This document shows positions 37,703 through 49,200 of a DNA stretch of 64,000 bases, piece after piece. Under the pieces are notes generated by a model, which searched no databases, was not told the DNA's origin, and saw nothing but the letters and a program-made list of their open reading frames with translations. Positions within the stretch are counted from its first letter, which is position 1. Every line of letters begins with the position of its first letter. The DNA comes from Protoeuglena noctilucae (Eukaryota), in the NCBI GenBank assembly GCA_958009085.1, contig OY253668.1, positions 1,488,001 to 1,552,000 of the forward strand. The letters are read 5' to 3'. The translations under genes were made by a program, and so were the position numbers.

Positions 37703-38686
37703 TTAGGCCAGAGCTGGGAGGATGCCCCAGCGCGTGAGGGGCAGGAACTTGATGGGTAGCATGATGTAAAGGGCGACGGCGATGCCCGTGGCCCAGGGTC
37801 GGGACGAGTAGAGGATCGCGACGATGAGGGGAGGGACGACGGCGAGGAGCAAGTTGATGGGGATGACGATCTGCGGAGAGTTTGTCGCCGCTGCTCATAA
37901 ATGCTGCTCAGCGAGGTTTGAATGGGGACAGCCGGAACCGCGCCAGGCGCACCTGGTAGATGCATGTGAGGCAGAAGAGCCAGACGTTGACCATGATGCC
38001 GAACCAGATCTTGGACTCTTCCTGGTACCGCTTCTCCCACCGCCATTTCCTCTTGGTCTCTTCCCCGCTGCGGGGTGCAGCGGAGGCGGTGGTTTGGTGA
38101 CGACGAGCGCCCCTGCGCACGCCCGCGACAGGACCGGCGAGGAGCTCACCAAAAGTCGTAATAATCCATCTTGATCTCTCTCAGCTTGTTCGCCACGCCC
38201 GCGAAGAAGGCCGCGACGGCGGCGAGCAACGGGACGCTGGCCTTGGCCGCCGCCCAGCGCTGCTCGGCCCCGCTCTGCAGCTCGCGGCGCGCGGGCGGCG
38301 TGTCGCGACGGCGAAGAGCCGTTGCATAGGTACGAGCTGCCGCAGGGCGAGGGAAAGCGGGGACGCGCCGCCATCGCTCGCCTGCAATTTGCGCATCGTC
38401 CACAGCCAGCTCCTCCCCCGCGGCACTTTTCGCCGAGGACCCGGCGCCCCGCTCTTCGGGGCGGGCTTAGAGCTTCCACCAACCGGTCCGGGCTTGGCCC
38501 CGTTGTACCCCGCCTGCGTGGGCTGGCCAGCCTTGTTCTCGACGCACTCTTGAGCCATTGGCAACCCTCCCAGCTGACGGCGCCACGCCTCACCGCAACC
38601 ACGACGAGGGGAGCCTGCCGTTGGGGGCGCGCTCGCCACGCGGGCCTCGCCAGCGGACCCCGCAGGGGGTAGGATGTCGATGCCAT
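37703..38686 (-). CDS. Hypothetical plastid-targeted membrane protein
   Basis: Transit-like MASTSYPLRGPLARP..; hydrophobic exons IWFGIMVNVWLFCLTCIYQ|IVIPINLLLAVVPPLIVAIL..; TAA 37703. Confidence 0.65.
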
Positions 38687-39007
38687 GGCAGGACTGTCCA
38701 TCCTGGCCCCCTCCCGATGACCGCTCGCTGCCCGCGCTAATACACGAGTGCTGCGAGGTGGAGAGGCCCCTTAACGCCGTAAATAAAGATGTCAGACTGG
38801 AACTCGTGTCAGACTGGGGACGGGCGAGCGAAAGCGAGCGCGAGAAGTCGTCGCGCCGGCACATTCGCACGTTGCGTTATTCCAGCGCTGAGCGCACAGC
38901 GTGGCAAGGTCCGCGGCCGAGAAGCGGCCTTGCGCGCGTGCCGGCGGATCCCCTCGCTTCCTGGACCGCCGCATAGCGCATTCTCCATCTTAGGAGTGGG
39001 AGGCTGC

Positions 39008-40464
39008 ATGGCGAGCAGCCTGCAGTCGGCGGCCCTGGCGGGGGGCCTTCTCGCCCAGAGGTCGGAGGGTCCCCGCGCGTCCCACGTGTCGCGAGCGGCG
39101 ACGACACCGTCTCGGTCATGTCGGACCGCGGCGATGTCCCCCAAAGTCGGGGCAACGAGCGTGGCCACGCCGCTGGAGGAGTGGACGGTTCTGTACCCCC
39201 CCTCGCTCGTCAGGACGCCTCAGCAGCAGGTGACATACGCTCGCGACCGTCACGGCTGTCGAAGCTGCTGGCTTGCTGACCCTGCATGGGTCGTCCCGCT
39301 CGGGACGGGCCGCTGCGGTGGTTTGCTGTTTGCGAGCACGCAAGCGGCGTGGCGCCGGCGCGGAGGGGCGCTTGTTCGCAGATCCGCAAGCACGGGTGGC
39401 CTCGTTAGTCTCGTGGCGCGCTGCTCGCCGGAAGACGCCGCGAAATCCGGCCGCAAACCGCGCGTGCTCGGCCTCCGCAGGTTCCGGCCCCACCCCAGGC
39501 CCGCGTGAGCGCGTTGGAGCTGGAGCCGCCGTCGTGCCCGTACTTCGGACCGATCGACGCGCTGGACGTCGTGTCTTTGGAGCGGCTCTACATCAGGTGC
39601 GCGCGGGACACGGTGCTTGCGGTGCGGTGGGGGAGCTTGCGATGTTTGGCAGCGTTGTGACCCCCCCGCGCCCCCTCCCACCCACTCTTGTGCAGGGCTA
39701 AGGAGCTTTACTACGACGGCCAGCCGATCATGGCGGACAACGTCTTCGACGAGCTGGAGCTGCGGCTACGGCAGGCGGGGTCGGAGGTGGTGCGCAAGTA
39801 CCCGCGCTGCTCGCTCCGGCGGTCGCGGACGATGTACGCGGACGCGGACGAGGACCTGACGCAGGAGGCGACGCTCGGGGTGCTCTGGCGGGTGCTGGCG
39901 GTGGGCGGGCTGGTGGCCACGACCCTGCCCGTGCTGGGGGCCGTGCAGGCGTACCTCACATCGGAGCCCGCCACGGTCGGGGCGCCGGCGGGGACGCTCA
40001 TGGCGGCGGGGTCGCTCCTGGGCCTCGTGGCGGGGTGGCCGTTGGTGTCGACGTGCCTGGAGGGCGCGGGGAAGCTCCGGCGCATGCACACGCACGCACT
40101 GCGCGGGCACTGCCCCCACTGCGCCGCGGAGGTCTACCAGTTCGTCAGCAGCGAGGGCGTCCCGCCGCGCGACGCGGACGGCAAGACGTTCTTGAGGGAG
40201 GAGTCGGAGTGCCACGTGTGCGGCACGCCCATCGAGTTCCGAGCGTTCGTGGCCGACAGGCGAGTTACACACGCGGCGGCGCTTGTTACGGCGCCGAGCT
40301 TCTGCTTTCCCGGCGCGCTTCATCGCAGCGCCGCCCGCCCTCGCAGGGACAACCACCTGGTGCGCGTCGTGGGGGAGGGGCCGTTGCGCACGCTGGGCAA
40401 GACGAAGTGGGTGTACGGTCGCGTGTACGCACGGGTCACCGTTCACGATTTGGCGCCCAAGTGA
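39008..40464 (+). CDS. PGRL2: PGRL1-family thylakoid protein, PGRL2-like
   Basis: PSCPYFGPID..LERLYIR|AKELYYDGQPIMADNVFDELELRLR..KYPRCSLRR..YADADED, two TMs, GHCPHC, ECHVC. Confidence 0.8.
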
Positions 40465-40630
40465 CACTTTGCGGGAGTGTCGTTCTTTTCCTATCGGCGT
40501 CCCCTCGCGCCCTCGTTTTTGTCTCTAGCACGGACCTGCTGTCGTGTACACAGCCTTTTCCGGCCATGCTGGCCATTTTCTAAAGCACCTCCTCTCACCC
40601 CCGAGGAAGTTGAACACACAAACGCGAGCG

Positions 40631-43378
40631 CTAGATCTTGAGGGCGAGGAACGTGTTGGCGAACGTCTTGCAGACGAGAACGTAGCGTATGACGCGCTTG
40701 TCGTTGAGGAGCTTGCGCAGGTACACGAGGGGTGGCCCCAGGGGCCCCAGGTAGGGAGGGAGGGTGCGGAGCAGGTTGAAGTGGACGGATCGTGCTATGA
40801 CGGGGATGAGAGAGATGGACTTGGCCCGGAACGCCATAGAGCACGCGCGCGAGAATTTCTTGAACTGCGCACTCATCGTCATCCCCTGCGAGCCGGCACG
40901 AAAGGATGCTGTCGTACAGACCAGGAGGAAGCTACCGTCTTGTCGCTGTGCGAGAGAAAGCCTCTCATAGCCGCAGGACGCTGCCGGGGTTTGCCAGGGA
41001 CTGCCCCTTGCCTTGGTCTTGCCCACGGCTTGAATCAGCGCCGTCACGTCGGAGCCCTCCTCCTCCACCACGACCAGGATCCTGGCGGCGAGCTCTCGCA
41101 AAGCCATGCGTTTGTTCCACGACGCCCTCACCGTCATGATAGCCCCCACGGCGTTGATGAGGTCGAGTTGCAAAACCTGGACCGGCAGAGGCGAGCGGCA
41201 CGTCGCGGGCGCTCCCAGCACATGCCTGCGCGTGTGCCTGTGCCTGCGCCCACCCCAACGCCTCCCTCGCCTGAACAAGCACGTTCAGTGCCCCCGTCAT
41301 GCCTATCAACGAGTAGCCGGCCTCCGCGCGCCGCAGGTTGCCGATCAGCTCTTTGAAAAAGCGCTCTTGGTCTTTGCTGAACTCAAACTCCTGTTGCTCC
41401 TGCGTCACCTGCGTACGCGAGACAGGCAAAGGCCAGCATGCCTCGACCGAGGCCAGCGTAATGGACCAAGGCTCTCTGTCACCAAAGGCCGCTGCGCCCT
41501 TGCCTTCTCCAGCCACCCCTCGATGAGCTGCGAGTCGCCGTCCGATAACGGCGGCGCGCCCTGTGGAGCACGGGGGTGCCGGGGATGGCCGTCATGCCTG
41601 CGCATGAAGCTTTGCGTACACCTGCCATGACTTTTCGAATCTCTCACCTTCACACCCAGTGCCGGCGAGCCTTGCGATGCCTGGGAGCTCTCTCGCGTGC
41701 GTCTCGCGCGGTCCCCCGCCTCCTGGCCGTCAGGGCCGGCGGTCCCCGCGACCCCCATGCTGCTGCTGCCCTCCCGGCTGGCACCCGGGGGTGCCCCCGC
41801 GGCCAGAACTCCGCCCCTGCCCTCCCCCGCACCAGGTGCCGCCCTGGCTGCCTTGATCCTCTCCACGATCGCCGACAGCTCCGACGCGGAGGGGTCGTCC
41901 GTCAGCGCGAAGTTGGCCTGGATGATGCGAAGGGGCTCCAACGCGCGGCGCAAGAGGGAAGCCCGGGTGGACGAGCCCTCGAGGTTGGGGGCGCCAACGA
42001 CAATGTCCAGAACACGCAGCAGGGCGAGGAGCGCCAGGAGGACTGCGAGCGGAGGGAGATGGGGCGGTGCTGGCATGGACAGCGCCATGAGAGGAACGGA
42101 GTGGGCAAGGGGGTCGGCCAGTGGAGCACAGACCGTGTTTGCATGTCCACCCGCATCCATCTCTCGCCTGAGACGACCATGCCCATGTTGGCCCACGTGG
42201 CCGCCGTGGTGGTCAGCGACACGATGGCCTTGACCACGAGCACGCCCCCCAGCTGCTGGTACAGCACTGAGACGTCGGACATGCCCGCGAGGAGGTACTC
42301 CATGTCGGATCCCGACGACTCGCTGATTCGCTGGAAATTGCGAGACCCTGCATGAGTCACACCCACGGGCCGCTCCCCTGTGCTTGGCTCAGCCGGCTGG
42401 GCTGATGGCGCAGGCGGGTTTGCGACGCTCACCTCCGTAGATGAGCATTGCCAGCACATAGTCGTTGAGGCCGTCGGCCAGCGCCCGCAGCCACGGCCCC
42501 ACGCGGACCTCCCTGGTCCACAGCAGAACGGCCCCAGTTGCGATCGCGTGCGCTACGAGCCACAGGTACCCAGTGGCTGCCTCGTCCATCGACTTGGCCA
42601 ACTCCCCAAACGCCTCCTCCTCCTCCCCCGAGAACTCATAGCACTTGCCTGCAATCAGTGCGCGAGGGATGGCACGATGTGCAACGAGCGCACCCAAGGA
42701 CTGATAAGGAGCCCGTGTGACGCTAGGAATGCGCACCAGCGGCCGCCTTGGCCAAGTTGTTGGACTTTTGTTGGCTCAAATGCCTTGAGGCTTGGGGAAG
42801 GAGCAATCGCAAGGGTTTCCCGCTCTGCGAGGTATGTTGCGTGTCGCATTTTATTGCCTTCCATCGCGTCGCTGTCGCTGCCGGTGGATGAGTGAGCCAG
42901 GATCCGCGCTCGGGGGGGACAAGGAGGGACAACCGTGTTTTGCAGCAAGCGGCTCGCCTTTTGGTATTTCCTCAACGCTTGCTGCAAGGTCGTGAGGTCG
43001 TTAAACATGGTAAGTCCGTCAGGATGTCCTCCAGCTGCTCTGCGAACACCACGAATGCAACGAACTTTATTGAGGTACGGACGCAGCACACGCCGATGCC
43101 GCAGCGCACGGTCTACCAACAGCTTGGTGCACTGCTTGTCTTTCCCATGAAACTGGATTGCCGTCGAGCCTCGTCTCTTCCGGTGAGTTATGGCCTGAAG
43201 AAGGTAATGCCCTTGCCATCCTGCATGTTTCTCGTCTATATTTCCTTCCTCTTCTCTCCTTCACTCGTCAGCACCCATACCCAGCGCTCTCTACGCTCTC
43301 TCCCGCAGATAGTCGCCGCGTGCCACTGCGTCGCGGTAATGCGGGCGGCAGCGCTCTCGCAGCTGACCGAGACAACAT
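40631..43378 (-). CDS. Hypothetical multi-pass membrane protein with an internally duplicated domain
   Basis: Unit 1 YEFSGEEEEAFGELAKSM..FQRISESSGSDMEYLLAGM; unit 2 FEFSKDQERFFKELIGNL..ILVVVEEEGSDVTALIQAV; start uncertain. Confidence 0.65.
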
Positions 43379-43701
43379 CACTGCGCTTCCTGGGTGGCGA
43401 TTGCGCTGAGCTTCTTCGTTTGGTCGACTTGATCCCGATAGGCTCTCGACGCGCCGCGTCGGATCGCGCGCAGGCGCAGGCAGTGGAGCGCGCACCCGCG
43501 CCGGCAGCTGACCTGGCCAGCCCGCCCGTGGCAAGCATGTCTACGTCAGCAGTCACGACGGAGGCCGGACACGTCGCGGAACGGGGGCCTTCGAGGTGCG
43601 CGCGACCCTGCAGACCTACGTCGCAGGATAGAGCGTTGCGGCGCCCTCCGTGCAACCCTCCGTTGCCAACGAAGAATGTCTGCATGTATAGTATGGGCTG
43701 A

Positions 43702-45204
43702 ATGGATTCTGGACGTCGCGGTGCCCGCAGCAAGGACCGGGAGGCGACGGTGGGGGCATGCCCTGACCATCACGTGCCAAAGCCCTCGTGGCTAGGGCCC
43801 AGGTTCCGCAACCCATGGCCCACGTTTAGGTTCCCGACGTTCTCCGACATGCGGAAGCTGTTTTCGTCCAACGGCGACAGCCCAGACGCGCCACGCAAGA
43901 CGGTGCTGTCGCGCATGGTCACGGATACCAACGGGGCGTGGCTGCTGAACAACGCGCGGCCGACACTACGGGACATCGCCGCGCGTTTCCCGGTCGTCTC
44001 GTCGCCGGACTTCGACGCTCTGGCGAATCCCCCCCAGGACGCCGTCCAGGCCATGTGGGTCGGGCACGCGACCTGCCTGGTGCAGATGGAGGGTGCCACG
44101 TTCATCACAGACCCGGTCTTCTCCGAGCGCGCCTCCCCCGTGCGATGGGCCGGGCCCAAGCGCCTCGTGCCGGTCCCCTTCGAGATCGAGGACCCCCGCG
44201 TCCCAGACATCGACTTCGTTCTCCTCTCGCACGCGCATTACGGCGAGTCGGCCGCCATGTGACATGACAATGTCAAAGCTTTGTTATTACAAGTGACTGT
44301 TCCAACTGCTACCCTTTGTGTATGTTCAGACCACCTGGACGTGGGCAGCGTGCAGCGCATCCACGCCCGCTGGGGTGACGACGTGCGGTGGTACGTGCCG
44401 CTCGGCCTGCGCCCGTGGTTCAAGGCGCGCGGCGTCTCCAACGTCGTCGAGATGGACTGGTGGGAGGAGGTCAAGGACCCGAAGACGGGTCTGACAGTCA
44501 TCATGACCCCGGCACAGCACTGGAGCAATCGGTACGGGTTCTTCGACTTCAACTGGTGGCTGTGGGGCGGCTTCGCTGTGCGTGGGGAGCGCCTGCGTTT
44601 CTGGTTCGCTGGGGATACGGGGTACTGCGAGGTCTTTGAGGAAATTGGGCAGCGGCTGGGGCCTTTCGACTTGGCGGCCGTTCCCATCGGAGCGTACGGT
44701 GAGCCCTTGGGGTGGGCTTGGTGGGAAGAGAGGGAGCACGGAGGTGCTGGAGGCGAGACTGATGATCCTGAAGTCTGTCGTGCACGCAGACCCGCGCTGG
44801 TTCATGCGCAGCCAGCACTGCGACCCCGGGGAGGCGGTGCTGATTCACAGGGACGTGCGGGCACGGATGAGCATCCCGATCCACTGGGGCACGTTCGGTG
44901 AGTGCGGCAGAGCACGTCTGCACTTGCGCCGTGCGTGGGGCCACTTGCTGGTCAAACAAAGGCAAGGGCTCTGCAAGACCCCCACAACCAGAAGAGCTTT
45001 CGTTCTCGCGCAGTTCTGACGACGGAGGCGCTAGACGAGCCGCCCCTCAAGCTGGAGGAGGCATGCCGGGAGTACGGGGTCGACCAGCGCACTTTCCGGC
45101 CACTCCAACACGGGGAGCTCGTCAAGGTGGCGCAGAAGGAGCCGGGGGCATTCGATGCCGTGCGCAAAATGGCTGCGGCCGCGACGGGCGCCTTTGCGGG
45201 GTAG
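43702..45204 (+). CDS. NAPEPLD: N-acyl-phosphatidylethanolamine-hydrolysing phospholipase D (metallo-beta-lactamase fold)
   Basis: [59 protein letters not shown]. Confidence 0.92.
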
Positions 45205-45374
45205 CAGGACCTGTACAGACTGCCCCTCTCCGTCAGCGCCCGTCTTACTGATCCAACGCGCAACGCCTCTATTCAACTTAAACACCAGCGTCGGAACGAG
45301 CCCAGCCACCAGAGCCTGCCAGACAAACACGGTTCCACTCATTTGCCGCAACGCCGCCTTTCCTATGCCGAGCC

Positions 45375-48300
45375 TCAGGCAGCAGCCTGCTCTCCGCCCT
45401 CCACCGCCGCTTCTCGCTCTTCCAGCCTCAGGCCACGAATGATGTCCTCATAGTACAACCCAGACGCCTCGACCGACGCCCGGGCCACCTTCAGGACCAC
45501 CGCCGCCACCGCCTCGGCCTCTGGGCGGAGGATCTCGGCACCAACGCTCCGCAGCGTCAGCGCGCAACCGTCCGGCTGGTCCTTGCGCATGCTGTTCGCG
45601 CGCAGCAGGGCCCCCGGAGAGCCCTGCATGTCGCTCCCGGACCTCGCGCCTGCGAGGTCGCCCTCCGTGCCCCGTTGCGGCGACCCCCCCGGCCCATCCT
45701 CCACCCCCGCCTCCGCGCCCAGTGTAGCCGCCGCGGCCCTCACGCGCTGCGCCGTCACCGCACTCGACTCGACCGTCGGCCCCAGCGCCCCCGCCATGAC
45801 CGCCTCGGGGTCTTGCAGGATGGGCTGCAGCACCAGCTGAGCCACGGCCGCCGCCGTCTGTCGGAGGAACTTGGAGAGCACGGTGCTGCCCGGACTGAGC
45901 TCCTTGCGCAGGAAGACTGCGACGTGGCGGTCGTCTTGCCGGCCTGCGCGCGAGACACCGGCAGGCGACGACCAGTTTCCTCAGTGTGATTGGGACACGG
46001 TCGCCACTATAAGCAATCGTATCAATGCATGAGAGACGCTCTATGTGGTTCCACGCGCAGGTCCCGCCGCGTCTCACCGTCGTCATCGCCGCCGTCCTCG
46101 ATGTCTGGGGCCCGGACGGACGCGGGCGGCATCTGCCCTGGGTTCGGCGACCCATCCCACGTCTTGCCGCGCGACCTGACGTGCATCGCCATCAAGTTGC
46201 TGCAAGCAGTCGGGGAGAGAGGGGTGATGGCAGCGCGAGGTGATGCCTGACGACCAAGCGGAGCTGCAGCGGAGGCGGACAGCTGCACGAGAGCAGACGC
46301 GCGTCTTGGCGTTGAGGCAAGCTAAGGCAGTGTCCGGTTCAGCGTGGGGCTCACCAGGCCTCCGCAATGATGAAGTCAAGCGTGGTGGGGGAATCGAGGA
46401 GAACCGAGAAGCGCGATACCAGGCGGTCCATGAAGTCGAGGTCGGGAGGGCATCCCTTGGCGACCAGGAAGTTTCTGGCGGTGAGCATCAGGAAGGCCGT
46501 GACGGCGAGGGACTGGGCCTGGTTCTGGAGCCACACCAGGGCGTCCACATCCAGCACCTGCGAGTAGCAGAGAGGAATGTGCAGGGTTCGCGCACAGCGT
46601 TGCGCATGGCGCAGGGGCATTGCATGCTAGTTGCATACTAGGCATGCAACGGTTGCATATAAGCATTCACGCACCAGCGTCTCCGGGACGGAGAGGGCCC
46701 CCACCGGGGCCGGCCGCTGCATGATCTCGAGGACCCCCGCCGTGGCAAGGAAGAGCACGCGGGCGGGCGAGCCACTCGGCAGCCCCCGCACGCCCCCGAC
46801 GCCGCCCGGCCCCAGCGCCGCGTCCGCCGCGTCGGAGAGCCACTTGACGCACCGCGGGAACACCTCGGCGGGCGTCTTGTCCCCGATGAGCCGATCGAAG
46901 AATCGGCGCTCGTACGCCGCACCGCCGCCGTCCTCCTCGACGCTCCGCTGCAGCAAGTGCATCTGCGGGGACGGGCGAGACCGGAACATCGCAGCTGCGA
47001 TGTCCGAGGAAGCGCTGCCAGATGTGCAAGCATCGACTGGCCGGCCTGAGGCATGCTATGCTGCTGGTCTCTCAAGGACCACCACAGCTGTAGGCCTGGA
47101 AACCTTGAAATGGCCCCTAGCAACATTCGTTCCCCCGCTTACGTGGAACTTGAAAGTGTCTGACTGAAGCTGCTTCAGGATGCGGCGGACGAGCCATGCT
47201 GCCTCTGTCATCGAAGCCGCCAGGGGGGTCACTGCGACGATTTTCGAATGTTGCATGGAGTGACTCTACAAGTCAATCAACAGATCACACAGCAGGGTCA
47301 TGTTGCAACTCAAGACTCGATGCCCAGTCACACTCCGGCACCTGTGCGCAAGCTGCGAGTGCCCCGCTCCCGCCACCCCGCTCACCCGCCACCTCCTCCT
47401 CCCCATCCTTCACCGTCACCCCCACGATCCTCCGCCCCTCGGCCTCCTCCGCCCCCGCCTCCCCCCGCAGCCTCCGCAGCAGCCCAGAGAAATCCGCACG
47501 GATTTGATCCTCCCGGGCAGGGCTGCCCATCCTGACCACCACGTCCACCACGAACTCCAAAAGCTGGGAAAGGTACTCCAGATCCGCGGGCATGTCCACG
47601 ATTCTGCAGCGGAGCGGGCGGCGGATCCCACTCAACGAATCGACCACGCCGCGCCAGTCCATGCGCATCGCTCGTCGGCACATGACACAGGGCAATGGCC
47701 ACAGAGAGGGATGGGAAGCAAAGGTCACTTGTGACGCATGTAATCTTCCTCCAGCCGCGCGGCAATCTGGTCGGCCAGCTGCGCCCGAGTGCCCTCCAGC
47801 CCACTGCCCGTCCCGGGCCCGAGCAGCCCGCTCATCCCATGCAGCTGCCTCAGGAGGGTGTCGCGCACATCGAGGAACAGCGTCAGGACGTGCGACATGT
47901 CCGGAGGGTTGCGCGAGAGGCCGAGCGCCAGGGTGTCCAAGAAAGCACGTTCGGCCGTCTTCTGAATCTGCGGGCGCCCCTCGAGTGCGAGTGGTGAAAG
48001 GGGGGTCGACACCGCAGCGCGCGGGCGTGGAACGGGCGTTCAGCACTGCAGGCAACGTCCGAACGCGCCTGCTTCTTCACGGTCGTGAACGGGTCCCCGT
48101 CGCTGCCCGCGTCGTCGGCATCGTCCGATCCCATCTGCAGCCCCCACGTTTCCAAGAAGTTGTCGCCCTCCATGCGAAGCTTGTGAACCAGCTGCAGGGT
48201 TTGCGGCACCCTGTGAAGATGGAAGAGGGCGGGGCGCTCGTGCGAGAAGTGGAGAAAGGCGGGCAGGAGCGCACAGCGAACCTCCGCGACGCACTCACCG

Positions 48301-48652
48301 CACGAGCTGCTTGTCCGTTGCAGACAGGCGTTCCAGAGCCGCCCGCACGCGCTCCTCGTACTGCGCAGCTGTCGCAGCCACGTCGCGCTCCCTTGGAGGC
48401 GTCCGGCCCCGCGCTGCTCCCGGCGCGCCCTTGCCCAAGAACCCCGGCTTCAGCCCTTTGGCCGGCGCGGGTCCTCCGTCACCCGCACCGACACGCGGAG
48501 GTGCAGGTGCCGCTTCATCGGGCCGCTTCCCGTCCTCGTCGTCCACGCGGCGCGACAGGTAGTACGCTGCGCGGAAGCAATGGGTGTTCTGCCCAACCGA
48601 CGAACCAAAGCCCATCCTCGCGACTCCAGACCGCACATGACATCTCAACCAT
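45375..48652 (-). CDS. T-complex protein 11 (TCP11/SOK1) family protein
   Basis: IQKTAERAFLD, MGSPARED, GAAYERRFF, VPETL|VLDVDAL, C-terminal GLYYEDII; start tentative. Confidence 0.75.
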
Positions 48653-49200
48653 GTTGTGGACTACTGCATGGGATGCATAGAATGGACGCGCGGGCCAGCG
48701 GGGGCCAGCAAAGTCCACTTTTAGCCAGCTCGCGCGCGCGCTGTTGACTCACCGAGAAGTCCCAGAGACGCCACCGATGCCACGACGACAGCTACCTGCC
48801 ACGCTTTCATGGTCTCGACAGGCAGCGCACCCTAGCAGGACATCGCGGGGGCGCGCAGAGTTCAACCGAGACAGAGCCAGATCCCGTCGATTCTTCAACA
48901 GCGATGGCGCAAGGAGTTGACGACTCGCGATATCGCGGTCCTCAGGCAACAAGGATCGCGGGCGGGGGGAGGGGCAGGGGCTGGCGTGGGCGCGCCAGAA
49001 GCGATGGGGTCGCATCGCCCAGGGCCACACTGCCTGTGAGCTGAGTTTCGGCGCCGGAGACCTAGGTCACAATACTCTCCCCTGCCGAGACTGAAACGTC
49101 CTTTGCGTCATCGGGGGAGGCCGTCCATCCTACATGTCGGGGCGGAGACGGCCCGTCTGAGCCGAGCTCGCCGCCGGCCACGCGGCACCGGCAGCTCGTC

